Below, one piece after another: positions 46,961 through 58,189 of a DNA stretch of 64,000 nucleotides (position 1 is its first letter; every line of letters begins with the position of its first letter). Below the pieces are notes generated by a model. The model was not told the DNA's origin. It ran no database searches and saw only the letters and a program-made list of their open reading frames with translations. The stretch is from Phoronis australis. Taxonomy: Eukaryota > Animalia > Phoronida. A program made the position numbers and the translations under genes. The DNA is taken from NCBI GenBank assembly GCA_002633005.1, contig NMRA01000065.1:544648-608647 (forward strand). Reading direction: 5' to 3'.

Positions 46961-49900
46961 ACTTTTAGGGGGCAATATAATTTTGGCGGTTTTTGTGTCA
47001 TTAAGTGATATACTTTAAGAACCTAAAATGTTCCCAAGGTTTGACTTGCACGTTTCCGAAAATTTTTACCTAAAATTTGACATTTTCAAAATTTGAAATA
47101 GAAACCCATTCTTTAAAAACCTAGAACACTGAGCAAAAACTAAATGATAATTCGATTTGGCTTTGTTCATTGGAAGTTGATAGAAAAAAATGTGATAACT
47201 ATTATAAAATAAGTTGAAAAAGTGTTAAACAGGAAATAATAAAACATTTTTTTCCAGCGCCCTGTTGGTCGAAAAACTCACTATTGTATCCTGAGCTCAT
47301 ATCAAAAGAACAACATTTCTAACCATTTGGAACTTGAAAAATTGGTTGAATACATGACTCTTGTCGTTTTTAACAATCTTTATTCCGTTCCGTTTGTATC
47401 CTCAGAACAAAGTTGAACACTCAGCAGAACATTGGTAAAGCAACTGACCGAGTGACATGATTAAAAGACACGATATTCCGAAATATACTTGTTTCATTCT
47501 CAATTGGAAATAAAACGACGCGGTAATACCACCACAGAGCAAATACATGTACCTTTGCACCTAATTGCTTTACCATTAACCCATTGTTTATACAAACAGT
47601 TTACAAGGACCTCCTTGTTTTTGCCACAAGACAAAAGCTTCTTAAACTACATTACAATTTTCTGACATCAGGATGGGTAAATTTATTTTGTCAAATTTCT
47701 CAGAAAACTAAACCTTAAGAAAAATGAGCATCACTACCACCACTGTGCAACTGTCATTGAACAACACATGTTAAACTTTTGAGCATCTATAGTTCAGACT
47801 TTGGAAAATAGAAGAACGTCATTTTAGCAATAGCTATGTGAAATTAAAAAAACGTTTACAGAACCACAAAAGTTTCCGACGCGTCCTGTTTTGGAGGGTG
47901 CGTAACTTGAATAATATACGTTTTCCAGTCCACGCTAAAAAATCAAAGTTCGGTATATTCTCCAAAATTTGAGACACCAAAATCTGAGCTAAAATTGAAT
48001 TTTCTTGATTGTGGACTTTGGAGAACGGGCGATTTTTGCCTTTTTTCTATTTCATGAATTCCAAAATACTTCGTTTATCATAACATGGTCAGAAAATAGA
48101 CTTGGAAGTTCATAAACTGCAGTACTGATCACTTACCCGTTAACAAAAAACTGCCGCCAGTGCCCAAGTTGAGTTTGGGACGGCCAACTGTGTGCAAATT
48201 TTCCAAGTAAGGAACCTCTAGAAAAAATTAAATTTTCTGTTTTCAAAACAAAAGGTCCTTAACAGTAATTCATAGTCTATTCAACTGAGGTACTTATCAG
48301 TGAATGTTTCAAAGTTGGAAAACTTTTCATATTTCCTGTTCTTTATGTGGTTTTCTGTAAGTTGTAACCCACATCGTTTTCTGACAAATGATACATTCTG
48401 GAGGCAGCACGTGTCTCTGGAGGCAGCACATGTCTCTTTCTTTAAGCACTGTTAAACAGAAGTGACAACTTCCTTGGTTTTTTACTACACGTACTAGGCT
48501 TGATATTAACCCAATGTTTCCTTGATCAGCTTGTTCCTTTTTCTTTGTTTAAGAGGTATTTCACTTATCGTGACACCGGTAAATTTCTATAACACTCACT
48601 GTTTGTAATACATTAGTTCTGTTTTGTCACGCAAACTTAAAAACGTTTTCAACAATGAGGACTTCCTTGGAAAAATCATTGATTCAGGAACCAGATCGTG
48701 TCTGAAAATACCAGAAGCTCAGAATTATGAGCAGAGTCCTAGAATTGAAGGTAACAACGGGCAAAAATCTTGACACTCTGTTGCTGTGCCAATAATTCAT
48801 GCCTTCATACAATAATTCATTTTCTCAGCAGTGTCACAGCTGGCACGAAACTCCTGTTCGGTTTGAAAAGCACAATATGACCCAGGAAGCAAACATGTTA
48901 AAAATGGCACTGACACAATATTTTCCTGTCGTTTCATTGGCTAACAAAATATTTGAGGCTTGTTTTTTCCAATTTTTAAACTAAGATTCTTACTAAAAGC
49001 GCAAATGTATTCTTGGGAACTTTGCTGAAAATGACCTTTGAACATCTGGAGAAGGATTTGATCTAAAGTTCCCGTTGCTTCCCTGAAGTAGCCATGGACA
49101 TGAAAGATAAGAGGATTGTGAATATGGCCCAGTGGAGGAAATGGTATTAACATAAAAATCGAAGATTTTGAATGTCTTAAAAGAGTTTCCACCATGCATT
49201 TCCTTAATTTTTGAGGTTTCAGTAAGCTAATACGAAGTGAATATCATAAAATCTAACTAAAGAAGCATTTTTTATGCCAAATGTAAGCGATTTTTTTTAA
49301 TTTTGAAGGAAAATTGTTATTTCCAAGTTTCCCTCCAAATGGTTGAATGGGTGGGAGACGTTTGGTCACTTGACTATCACTTGCAATGGCGGAACATAGG
49401 AGATCCGAAGACGAGGAATATTTTGAGGGAAAGCTGGAAAATTGCTATAAAGACAGAGAGGAGAGAGGATACGGGCATTAGATTCAAGTAATACAAGAAT
49501 CAGAAAGCGAATTCGATTAGCAAACTTTCGTTGGCTTTGAAGCCACATGAACTCGACCCATATGCACGAGAAATGCCGCAGACATACGTGAGCCACTGAA
49601 CCAAGGGGTGGTCAATATTCACAAAATAATCACTGACAAATGCAACAGCAAACCTGGGTCACTCTTATTCACTATTGCCATGATGAAATGAGCACGGTCT
49701 AAACACAATACATAAGCCTACGTGTGGCCTCACTCGATCTGGGCCGTGGTCGAGGGCCTGGCATCACTCGTCCTAGAATGGTAGCAGTTTGTTCGCTATT
49801 TACAAAACTTGGAGATACACTTACAAGGTGTCAAGTCCATCGTAACGCCGCTTTTGTGTTTGGTCGAACGATTCCTTGACTGAAATATGGCTCCCGACTG

Positions 49901-51869
49901 ATCGTATGTCCCTCAATGTCATTCCACAATCTCGTACGGCGCACAAACCGATGCCATTTCTGTGCACCTTTCACGTCTTTGGGAAATTCGAACACAGGGA
50001 CATTCCAGGGACGTTCCCGGTCAAGTTGCAGCCTCCACAAACGCACCTTTTCATGTCTGAAAAAGGCGGCTCTCCCCGAACTTTCCCGGGTCCCAACTCC
50101 TCACTTAAACGGCTAAGAAGGTCTTCCACCCATTATGTTCAACCCCAATAACAGAAAAATAGTTTTTTTACAAATTTTGGCTTTTTCTTAGCAACATGTA
50201 AACTAAAGGCTATTAAAGGCGAAGGCAACCTTTTCCATGTCATTTTTAGCAAAAATAAGGTTCGTTGGTTATCCTAGACATATTTTTCACTTAATTACAG
50301 CTTTTCGTAATTTGATTAACTACTGGTGCTCTACTGCGGAAGTGACGTTTTGGGAGGCAAGAATTTCGCGCCAATTTCTGTTCATATAGTCTGACTGTGA
50401 GAGCTGTCCAGTCAGTCATTGCTCTACCTCGGTTGTGATAAGTTCGGTCGTCGTTTGCTTTTGTTTACAAAGTTAGACAACATGCCACACTGTTGCTGCA
50501 TAACGGGATGTACTCATTATCGTCTCACGCGCTTTGGGAATACCAGCTAGGCTTTGCATCGCTTTCCAAAGGATAACACACTTCGCCGAACTTGGCTCGC
50601 TCGTGTGAAGAACGCAGCGTTACCCGTCAACGCAACGTTCAAAGCAGTGGAGGGTTACCGAGTGTCTGTTCTGGCGCAGCCCGAGTCTTTTTCACCCCGA
50701 GTCTACTCCTACCGGCCACCCATTAATAAACAAATTCTCGTCTTTAACCCACTCATCCGGTTACAGGTGCAGTGCTCATAATGAAAGGGTTACATAACTA
50801 AGACGCGCCGTCATAGTGACTAATACCTTCAATCACACTATTATTTTCTGACTCCTAATTTACCCCCAAATCCAAGTTTAGAGAAATTGCTTCATTGTGG
50901 TTACCAAAAGGCCAGTGCATACTCTCTTGATACACGTTAACATAAATTTAGAACCTACTAGAAGTGACAACGTGCCGATGTATGCTCACAAGTCGTTCTG
51001 TAAAAAATCTGTGACCCAATAACATAATTATGTGCTCAAACAAAGCCAAACTGAGCTCTTGCCTATAAATTTTGATTTTGATATTGGCATGACAACTTTT
51101 GGCTCGGTGCAGCAAAAAGTACATTTCGCTTGAATTTTGATTTTGCAAGTGATAATGTACTTTAAATGCTCTTCTGGGTCAATTAGCTACAGCCTACACG
51201 CATGGCTTCCTAATAACAATGAAACAACAAGGAGTAAAATCAGAACATCTTTTATCTTAGTAATGATTAATTTTTTTAAGTATTTCACGTCTCACATGTG
51301 TCATGATTATGAAACTACACTGAACTTGACAACTGTAGTTGTGTCATTCAGATACATGTACATGGATGTTACCTCAATGATTCATTTTCATCTACAGATC
51401 AAGACTTCCATCAAGTGTGAATCAGTTCAGGAGTTAACTTTGCTTTTTAAGTTGTTTCAATTTTTATCACCATTAACGTTCAAGCTAAAAACGGCCAAAC
51501 GAGTATCGTATAGTCTCAGAGCTCTATTTGACTCGGGCAGCGCCATGCGTAATAAGACAACTTAATTGGCAATATATTTTCATCCCAAAGTACAGTATTA
51601 ATGTTCTACATATGTACAAATTGTTTACCCCGTTGACTCTCATCTATTTGAACTAATATCACATCCGTAGTACGTCAATCCATTTCACTTGTTAATGTTA
51701 CTAATCCATCAGTTTTCTATTGCAAGATTTAGCCTAACTCAATGTAATTAAAGTAGTGGTGGTGGGAATTTTCATGCCTACCCTAGTGTTCATAGCTTTT
51801 GTCCTTACTTCATTACTTTTAGTCTATTCACACACTTGTATATACTTCTTTTTCTCTTGTTAGATAAGC

Positions 51870-53033
51870 ATGTTAACTATGAACTGTATGAATTTATCAG
51901 TATTTAACTACAGACATAATAATTATAAGTGTTCGGGTGTCTGGAAAACAAAAATACCCCACTGCTTTTCGTCTATTACGCTCGACCTCACTCTTCTACT
52001 ACGAAAACGACCCCGAACTGAGCACTTACGTAATGTTTACTGCACAATGAAGAACTCATGTTGTGATATCCGAGTTATCATTGAGCAAAGTCTTTTGACT
52101 GCTGGTGACATAGAGGTCAATCCAGGACCAGGCACTCAGGGTTTAGCCAGCTTCAAGGTCTTATTCACTAATATCAACAGTATCAAGGCGAACAATCTTT
52201 CAAGATTTGATCTTCTCAAGCAAGTTATTACAGACAACAATTACATGGTCATTGCTATATGTGAATCTGGAACACTGTCCGAAGACAACCTCAGTGCACT
52301 TATTATTCCAGAATACCACATTGCCTACCACACTAACGTCGGGAGGGGGTTGATCTTGTTTGTCCACAACTCCGTAAATTACAAAACAATTGATGATAAA
52401 ATTATACAATCAATGAGTAACTGTTGGATTGAACTTTACGTCAACCACAAAAAGGTATATTACGGTTTTTTCTATCGCTCACCCTCACAGACGTCCCATG
52501 AACGGAAAGCATATTTCAAAACCTTTTCAGAGCAATTGCAAGAACTCTCTCAAACTAATAAAACGATTATTATCAACGGGGATTTCAACGCAAGCAATAG
52601 TACTTGGTACTCTGAAGACAATGACAACCAAGCCGGTCTCGAATTATTCGATATTCTCCTCACAAATGACTGTATACAACTAATAACCGAGCCGACACGT
52701 TTAACAGAGTATTCACATTCTTGCCTTGATTTATGTATAACAAACAATCTCGGATTAATTGAATCCACTTCTGTAAGGCCTCCCATTGGTAACTCAGACC
52801 ACCACGTTATAGAAACAACATTCAAACTCAACTGCCCACCTAAAGAACCAGACATTATGAAGAAGATCTGGAATTACAACCTCATTAACATGGACAAACT
52901 GCGCTCTGACATAACCACATTCAACTGGAGTGATATACTTAACGAAAGTGACATAAATGACGCAGTCTCAATATTCACACAGTCACTCTACAACATATTA
53001 GATAATAATATCCCATCAACCATGAAACAATAA
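51870..53033 (+). CDS. LINE polyprotein 5' part: leader, 2A peptide, APE endonuclease
   Basis: LLTAGDIEVNPGP at 52092-52130 followed by the EN domain. Ends at a 1-nt frameshift near 53027. Confidence 0.9.
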   Translation: MLTMNCMNLSVFNYRHNNYKCSGVWKTKIPHCFSSITLDLTLLLRKRPRTEHLRNVYCTMKNSCCDIRVIIEQSLLTAGDIEVNPGPGTQGLASFKVLFTNINSIKANNLSRFDLLKQVITDNNYMVIAICESGTLSEDNLSALIIPEYHIAYHTNVGRGLILFVHNSVNYKTIDDKIIQSMSNCWIELYVNHKKVYYGFFYRSPSQTSHERKAYFKTFSEQLQELSQTNKTIIINGDFNASNSTWYSEDNDNQAGLELFDILLTNDCIQLITEPTRLTEYSHSCLDLCITNNLGLIESTSVRPPIGNSDHHVIETTFKLNCPPKEPDIMKKIWNYNLINMDKLRSDITTFNWSDILNESDINDAVSIFTQSLYNILDNNIPSTMKQ

Positions 53034-55396
53034 AAAACAAGAACAAACCGTGGTTTAACAATAACATTAAGTCTGAAATAAATAAAAGAAATAAACTGTA
53101 CAGATCGTTCAGAAGATCAAATAACCCATGCACGTTCAAGCGCTACAAAGAACAGTGCAAGAGTGTGGAAGAACTAATTAAAAAGACAAAACAAGACTAT
53201 AAGATGAAAGTTATCTCCAATATCAAAAATGTCTCCAAAAATTCTAAGGAATATTGGGATATAGTAAACAAAATTCGAGGACAGGTAAAGCAATCATCAT
53301 ACCCCACCATCCACTCAAAAGAATCCAACTCTCAGGCGTCATCCAAAGCCGATAAAAGTATCTTATTTCTAGACTACTTCACTGCCAAGAGTCACATTGC
53401 ACCAACAATAAACTATCCAGAATTCCCAAACAGAACATTAGAACACCTCTCTTACATAGAAGCCCAACCATCTGAAGTCAGAAAACTACTAGAAAACATT
53501 GACGAAAACAAAAACGACGGTACCAATCTCATAACCAATAAAATGATCAAGATAATAGCAAGAGAGCTTACACTTCCTCTGACAACATTATACAACAAAA
53601 TATTACAATCTGGAAAATTTCCTTTGAACTGGAAGCTTGGCGTTATGATACCAATACACAAAAAGAACTCCAAAACAGACATTGCCAACTATCGCCCCAT
53701 AACTCTACTTAACACCTTATCCAAAATTTTAGAAAAAATCATTTCTCAGCACATGTTTGACCACCTCTCTTCACAAAACCTCATATATCGTCGCCAATTT
53801 GGATTCATGCCTGGTAACAGCACTGTGTCGCAACTTACAGAAATTGTACACGACATCCACCTCCAGTTTGAGCAAGGGTACAACGTGAGATCCGTATTTT
53901 TAGACATTGCGTCAGCTTTTGATGTCGTTCCCCATGACCTGCTTCTACATAAATTACAATCTTACGGTTTCTCAGGCACTCTCCTCTTACTTTTAAAATC
54001 ATATCTGGAAAATCGAACTTACAAAGTCCGAATTGAGGGTGTCTTATCACCTTCATCAACGCCAGGTTTCGTAAATGCTGGAGTACCACAGGGTAGCGTA
54101 CTAGGCCCCTTACTCTTTTTACTGTACATCAATGATCTTCCAGACACGATAAGCTCTAAAACATTCTTATATGCTGATGACACTGCAATATTCCACCCAT
54201 TCTCAAAAGAGCATCCCCATGACTCCTTACAATTGCAAACTGACCTTAACAAACTCTATGACTGGTCTCACAAATGGAAGATGAAATTTAAACCTGAAAA
54301 AAGTGTTGATCTTATATTTTCTAAGTCTAATAATACTCATTTCCAAACAAATCCAACACTGGAATTATCACTCAATGGGGAAGTTATCCCCAATAAGTTC
54401 ACGCACAAACATCTTGGCTTGCTACTCGACCATAAGCTTACATTTACTCCTCATTGTCGCGAACTCGTTCAAAAAGTACAAAAATTAATTAATCCAATTA
54501 GAATTATCTCTCGTCATCTCAACTCCATGCATCTTGAAACTCTGTTCAAGTCTTTTGTACTTCCACATCTAGATTACTGTGACATAATCTACCAATCGGC
54601 AAACGCTGGCATACTTCTCCAATTAGAAAGACTACAATACCAAGCAGCTTTAGCCATAACTGGGGCATACAAAGGGTCCAACACAATCAAGGTTCTAAAT
54701 AGTCTTCACTGGAGCAAACTAGCAACCCGTCGTAAACTCCACCTGTCCATGTATACATTCAAAGTCTTAACCAACATAAACAATTACTCTAACAAAATCC
54801 TCTTTGACTCCTACAAAAGACCAAGCACGAGACCAGGACTCCGGCAAAGCAATATGTATACTATTCCAGCCTCCATCAGCCAAGCCTTTAGAAGATCAAC
54901 GATATTAACTTGTATTGACAACTGGAATTCCTTACCATTCAAAATAAAAGAAAGCACTTCAATCGTCACTCTCAAAAATAACTTTAAAATGCATACCACT
55001 ACTCCAGACTTGCCAGTCCCATTGACATCATTCCAACTTCCCCGCAACCATGAAATAACCCTATACAGATCAAGATGTGGTCTATTCCTAAACAACGAGA
55101 AATTTAGACATAATTTTAATAATATTTCGGCTCTGTGTTCCTGTGGAGATACCCAGACATATCCTCATGTTTTCTTTGCTTGTGATGTATGCAAGGAGGA
55201 GAGGGTACAGCTCTTCCAGGCACTCGAACAATACCCCAATGTTTATAAAAAATACTCTGAAATTCCGCAATTGTACAACAAAATTAATTTCTTTCTATAT
55301 GGATGTCAAGAACTTAACTCAAACGAAAATATGGTTTTATTTGAAATAGTATCAGAATTTCTTTATAACATTAAATCTCTTTGTGTGAGTGGATAG
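53027..55396 (+). CDS. LINE polyprotein 3' part: reverse transcriptase + C-terminal Cys/His motif
   Basis: Frame open from TIKNKNKPWF through YADD to CSCGD...H.FFAC; no internal stops. Confidence 0.93.
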   Translation, partial: TIKNKNKPWFNNNIKSEINKRNKLYRSFRRSNNPCTFKRYKEQCKSVEELIKKTKQDYKMKVISNIKNVSKNSKEYWDIVNKIRGQVKQSSYPTIHSKESNSQASSKADKSILFLDYFTAKSHIAPTINYPEFPNRTLEHLSYIEAQPSEVRKLLENIDENKNDGTNLITNKMIKIIARELTLPLTTLYNKILQSGKFPLNWKLGVMIPIHKKNSKTDIANYRPITLLNTLSKILEKIISQHMFDHLSSQNLIYRRQFGFMPGNSTVSQLTEIVHDIHLQFEQGYNVRSVFLDIASAFDVVPHDLLLHKLQSYGFSGTLLLLLKSYLENRTYKVRIEGVLSPSSTPGFVNAGVPQGSVLGPLLFLLYINDLPDTISSKTFLYADDTAIFHPFSKEHPHDSLQLQTDLNKLYDWSHKWKMKFKPEKSVDLIFSKSNNTHFQTNPTLELSLNGEVIPNKFTHKHLGLLLDHKLTFTPHCRELVQKVQKLINPIRIISRHLNSMHLETLFKSFVLPHLDYCDIIYQSANAGILLQLERLQYQAALAITGAYKGSNTIKVLNSLHWSKLATRRKLHLSMYTFKVLTNINNYSNKILFDSYKRPSTRPGLRQSNMYTIPASISQAFRRSTILTCIDNWNSLPFKIKESTSIVTLKNNFKMHTTTPDLPVPLTSFQLPRNHEITLYRSRCGLFLNNEKFRHNFNNISALCSCGDTQTYPHVFFACDVCKEERVQLFQALEQYPNVYKKYSEIPQLYNKINFFLYGCQELNSNENMVLFEIVSEFLYNIKSLCVSG

Positions 55397-56520
55397 AATT
55401 TTATACATCTGTATGAAAATAAATTATTTTCATTCGTTGTCATATATCACTGTATTCTTAACATCAGTTTTTTATTGATGTATTTGTATATAATCATTGT
55501 ATATAGACTTCTTTGTATTTTTTTACCCAGATCTAATGCCTCTTGGCGCTTTCTGGGTTATGTATATTCATTGTATTCTGAAGATTTCGTAATAAACATT
55601 AAAAAAAAGTGTGTAATAAGCATTTTCTGCCGTCAGATTACGAAAGGGATGTGTACGCTGAAGTGATAAAAGTCCCTGCGAAACAACGCCTGAAGAAGGG
55701 TGCGATACCGTAGCTTTTGGTTCCCGGCAGTGTTCCGTCGCCACCCCCGAGAAATGCGTTTTTGAAGCGAGAAGCTTCGCGATCTATGGCCATTACAGTG
55801 ACTGGAGGCACTTCATCTACTGTCACCCGGAGTAGCAGTGATTTGCCCTGTGCTGTTGTTTCTAACACAGAGCCTGTGAGCAGCCCTGCAGCAATGTTGA
55901 ATTGTGGGAGTGAATACAGGCCCAGTTCGACACCCAGTGAAGAGGACGGTTCGTCGTCCAACGACCAGATCGGTGAACCAAACTTTGATAAGTTTGTTGT
56001 GGACTTGTCTAAAGTATTGGAGCTATTTAGAAAGTGCCAGGTGTCACACTGCGGGATGTAAGCATTGTGGGTGCTCAGGTCACCATCCAGTGGGAGTGTG
56101 TTGCGGGACACTGGGGCAAGTGGGACAGTTGTGCCTGTGCATACTCTGCCTCATTATACTCGGGCTCAAACATACAAGTTATACCCACCCACTGAGTGTC
56201 AGTGAAAAAATTCCTCGTCACCACTGCTATATGAACAAAGTCTCCATTACTCACGTCACTACTGTCACTGTGATATGGGTCGCCGACTCCAGTCATTTTC
56301 AGATTAATACAAACTCTAAAGAATCCCTAGATCCAACGTAATTGGGTTCTCTAACAACCTAGTTTGTCGTAAAAAACTCGTCGATGGGAAGTGGTGACGA
56401 CAATTTTAGAAAAACAGCCCGAAAACAAAAGTAGTACAGATCCTCACACTAAACTAAAATTGATGCGAAATTCTTGCCTCCCAAAACGTCACTTCCGGAG
56501 TAGAGGACGAGTAATTAGTT

Positions 56521-58189
56521 TTATCGTAATCTATTTTGCCCGGGGTACGCCACGAGCTATGTTGCAGAGTAAAACAAGAGGAGGATTGGGAATATTTGTC
56601 ATTTATTATGACGTAATAGCTAAAACTAACTAAGACTCTGCAAGATGGGCATGCACAAAACGCCCACCGGCGTGTACAATGAATAGCCCTGCAAGAGGGA
56701 ACAAAACAAAAGAACTGCCTGAAGGGCTTAAAGGAAAAGTACAGAACATGAACACAAAACTTGAAAAAACCTAGCAGGAAATGTATACGAGCAAAGAGAA
56801 AGTGGAACCGCCACCCGGGGTGGGGGGTGGGGAAAAAATGAAGAGAACGAACGTAGGTCTTGTAGACGACGAGGTAGGTGGCTGAATGAGAGACCACGTT
56901 GAACAGAACAAAGGAAATATGGACGACCAATCAGGAGTCGCGTAGAGAAACGTATGAATACAAAAGTAGGCCCTAGAGGCTATAAATAGAGATCTGTAAT
57001 GCAAAATAAACCCTAAGGACTGGTCTCAAAATAAAGAGACAAGTGTCAAAATAATGACGATAAATGCATTTAACAAGTTAAATTTAATTTATCGTAATCT
57101 ATTTTGCCCGGGGTACGCCACGAGCTATGTTGCAGAGTAAAACAAGAGGAGGATTGGGAATATTNNNNNNNNNNNNNNNNNNNNNNNNNNNNNNNNNNNN
57201 NNNNNNNNNNNNNNNNNNNNNNNNNNNNNNNNNNNNNNNNNNNNNNNNNNNNNNNNNNNNNNNNNNNNNNNNNNNNNNNNNNNNNNNNNNNNNNNNNNNN
57301 NNNNNNNNNNNNNNNNNNNNNNNNNNNNNNNNNNNNNNNNNNNNNNNNNNNNNNNNNNNNNNNNNNNNNNNNNNNNNNNNNNNNNNNNNNNNNNNNNNNN
57401 NNNNNNNNNNNNNNNNNNNNNNNNNNNNNNNNNNNNNNNNNNNNNNNNNNNNNNNNNNNNNNNNNNNNNNNNNNNNNNNNNNNNNNNNNNNNNNNNNNNN
57501 NNNNNNNNNNNNNNNNNNNNNNNNNNNNNNNNNNNNNNNNNNNNNNNNNNNNNNNNNNNNNNNNNNNNNNNNNNNNNNNNNNNNNNNNNNNNNNNNNNNN
57601 NNNNNNNNNNNNNNNNNNNNNNNNNNNNNNNNNNNNNNNNNNNNNNNNNNNNNNNNNNNNNNNAAAAAGGAGGAAGTGGGGTCAGGGAGGTTGTCAAGCT
57701 TGTGGACAAAGCTAATGGCAGAGACATAGGACTGGATAGACGAGCTACTAAGCCCAGATTCGAAGAGATGAGAGATGTAGATGGCCAAGAAAGAGGTATT
57801 AATGGGCAAGGTGAGCGGAGAATTGTTAGAGGAGAGGTGAAACTGTGCGAGGTTACGCAGGATGCGGGTGTAGGACTGAAGAGTGGAGGGGGCCAGGGAA
57901 GCCCGGAGCAGTCTGGTCACTCTGTCAGGAGGTGCTGTGGGATCGGTGTCGGATGAGGGCTGAGCCAATAACCCTGGGAAAAGGCGACCTGAAAGTTGAA
58001 ACGAGAAAGTGCATCAGCGATGATGTTAGTGTAGCCGGGGATATGCTTTGCCTGAAAATGAACATTAAAGGTAAGAGCGGAGATGACCAGACGACGGACA
58101 AGAGACATAATGGGGGCGTGGCGGGAGGATGTCTTGTTGATAATGTCAACGACAGCACGGTTGTCGCACAGGAAGAGGATCTTGTGGTT
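56521..58189 (-). mobile_element. 5'-truncated Ngaro/DIRS-like tyrosine-recombinase retrotransposon fragment
   Basis: RNase H (ILFLCDNRAVVDIINK..HIPGYTNIIADALSR) overlaps directly into a YR N-terminus (LAPSTLQSY..LAIYISHL..GLSSSSIQSYVSAISFVHKL..DPT), with no methyltransferase between them. 77-bp split direct repeat at 56520-56596 and 57088-57164; flanked by GTAATTAGTT duplication. Confidence 0.85.
57165..57663. other. Assembly gap (N run) inside the YR gene
   Basis: Run of N. Confidence 1.

Larger units (their letters stand above)
50666..55607 (+). mobile_element. Apparently full-length single-ORF CR1/L2-group LINE (APE endonuclease + RT) with 2A motif
   Basis: TSD (A)GTGT at 50661-50665 and 55608-55612; AATAAA at 55591 plus A tail; EN motifs (NINS, ICES, GRG, YRSPSQ, GDFNA, PTR, LDL, SDH); RT motifs (NYRPITLL, QFGF, FLD..AFD, GVPQGSVLGPLLF, YADD, HLGL). 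Confidence 0.95.
50482..56061 (+). pseudogene. Split THAP-transposase pseudogene of the inner Kolobok
   Basis: MPHCCCITGC..LHRFPKD..RRTWLARVKN..YRV | CNKHFLPSDYERD..RLKKGAIP*..KFVVDLSKVLELFRKC rejoins in frame when 50666-55612 is removed. Stops at 50548 and ~55711. Confidence 0.85.

Noticed and set aside
51137-51565. 142-aa ORF as LINE ORF1
   Set aside because: Non-ATG start and no recognisable RRM, PHD, esterase or coiled-coil features.
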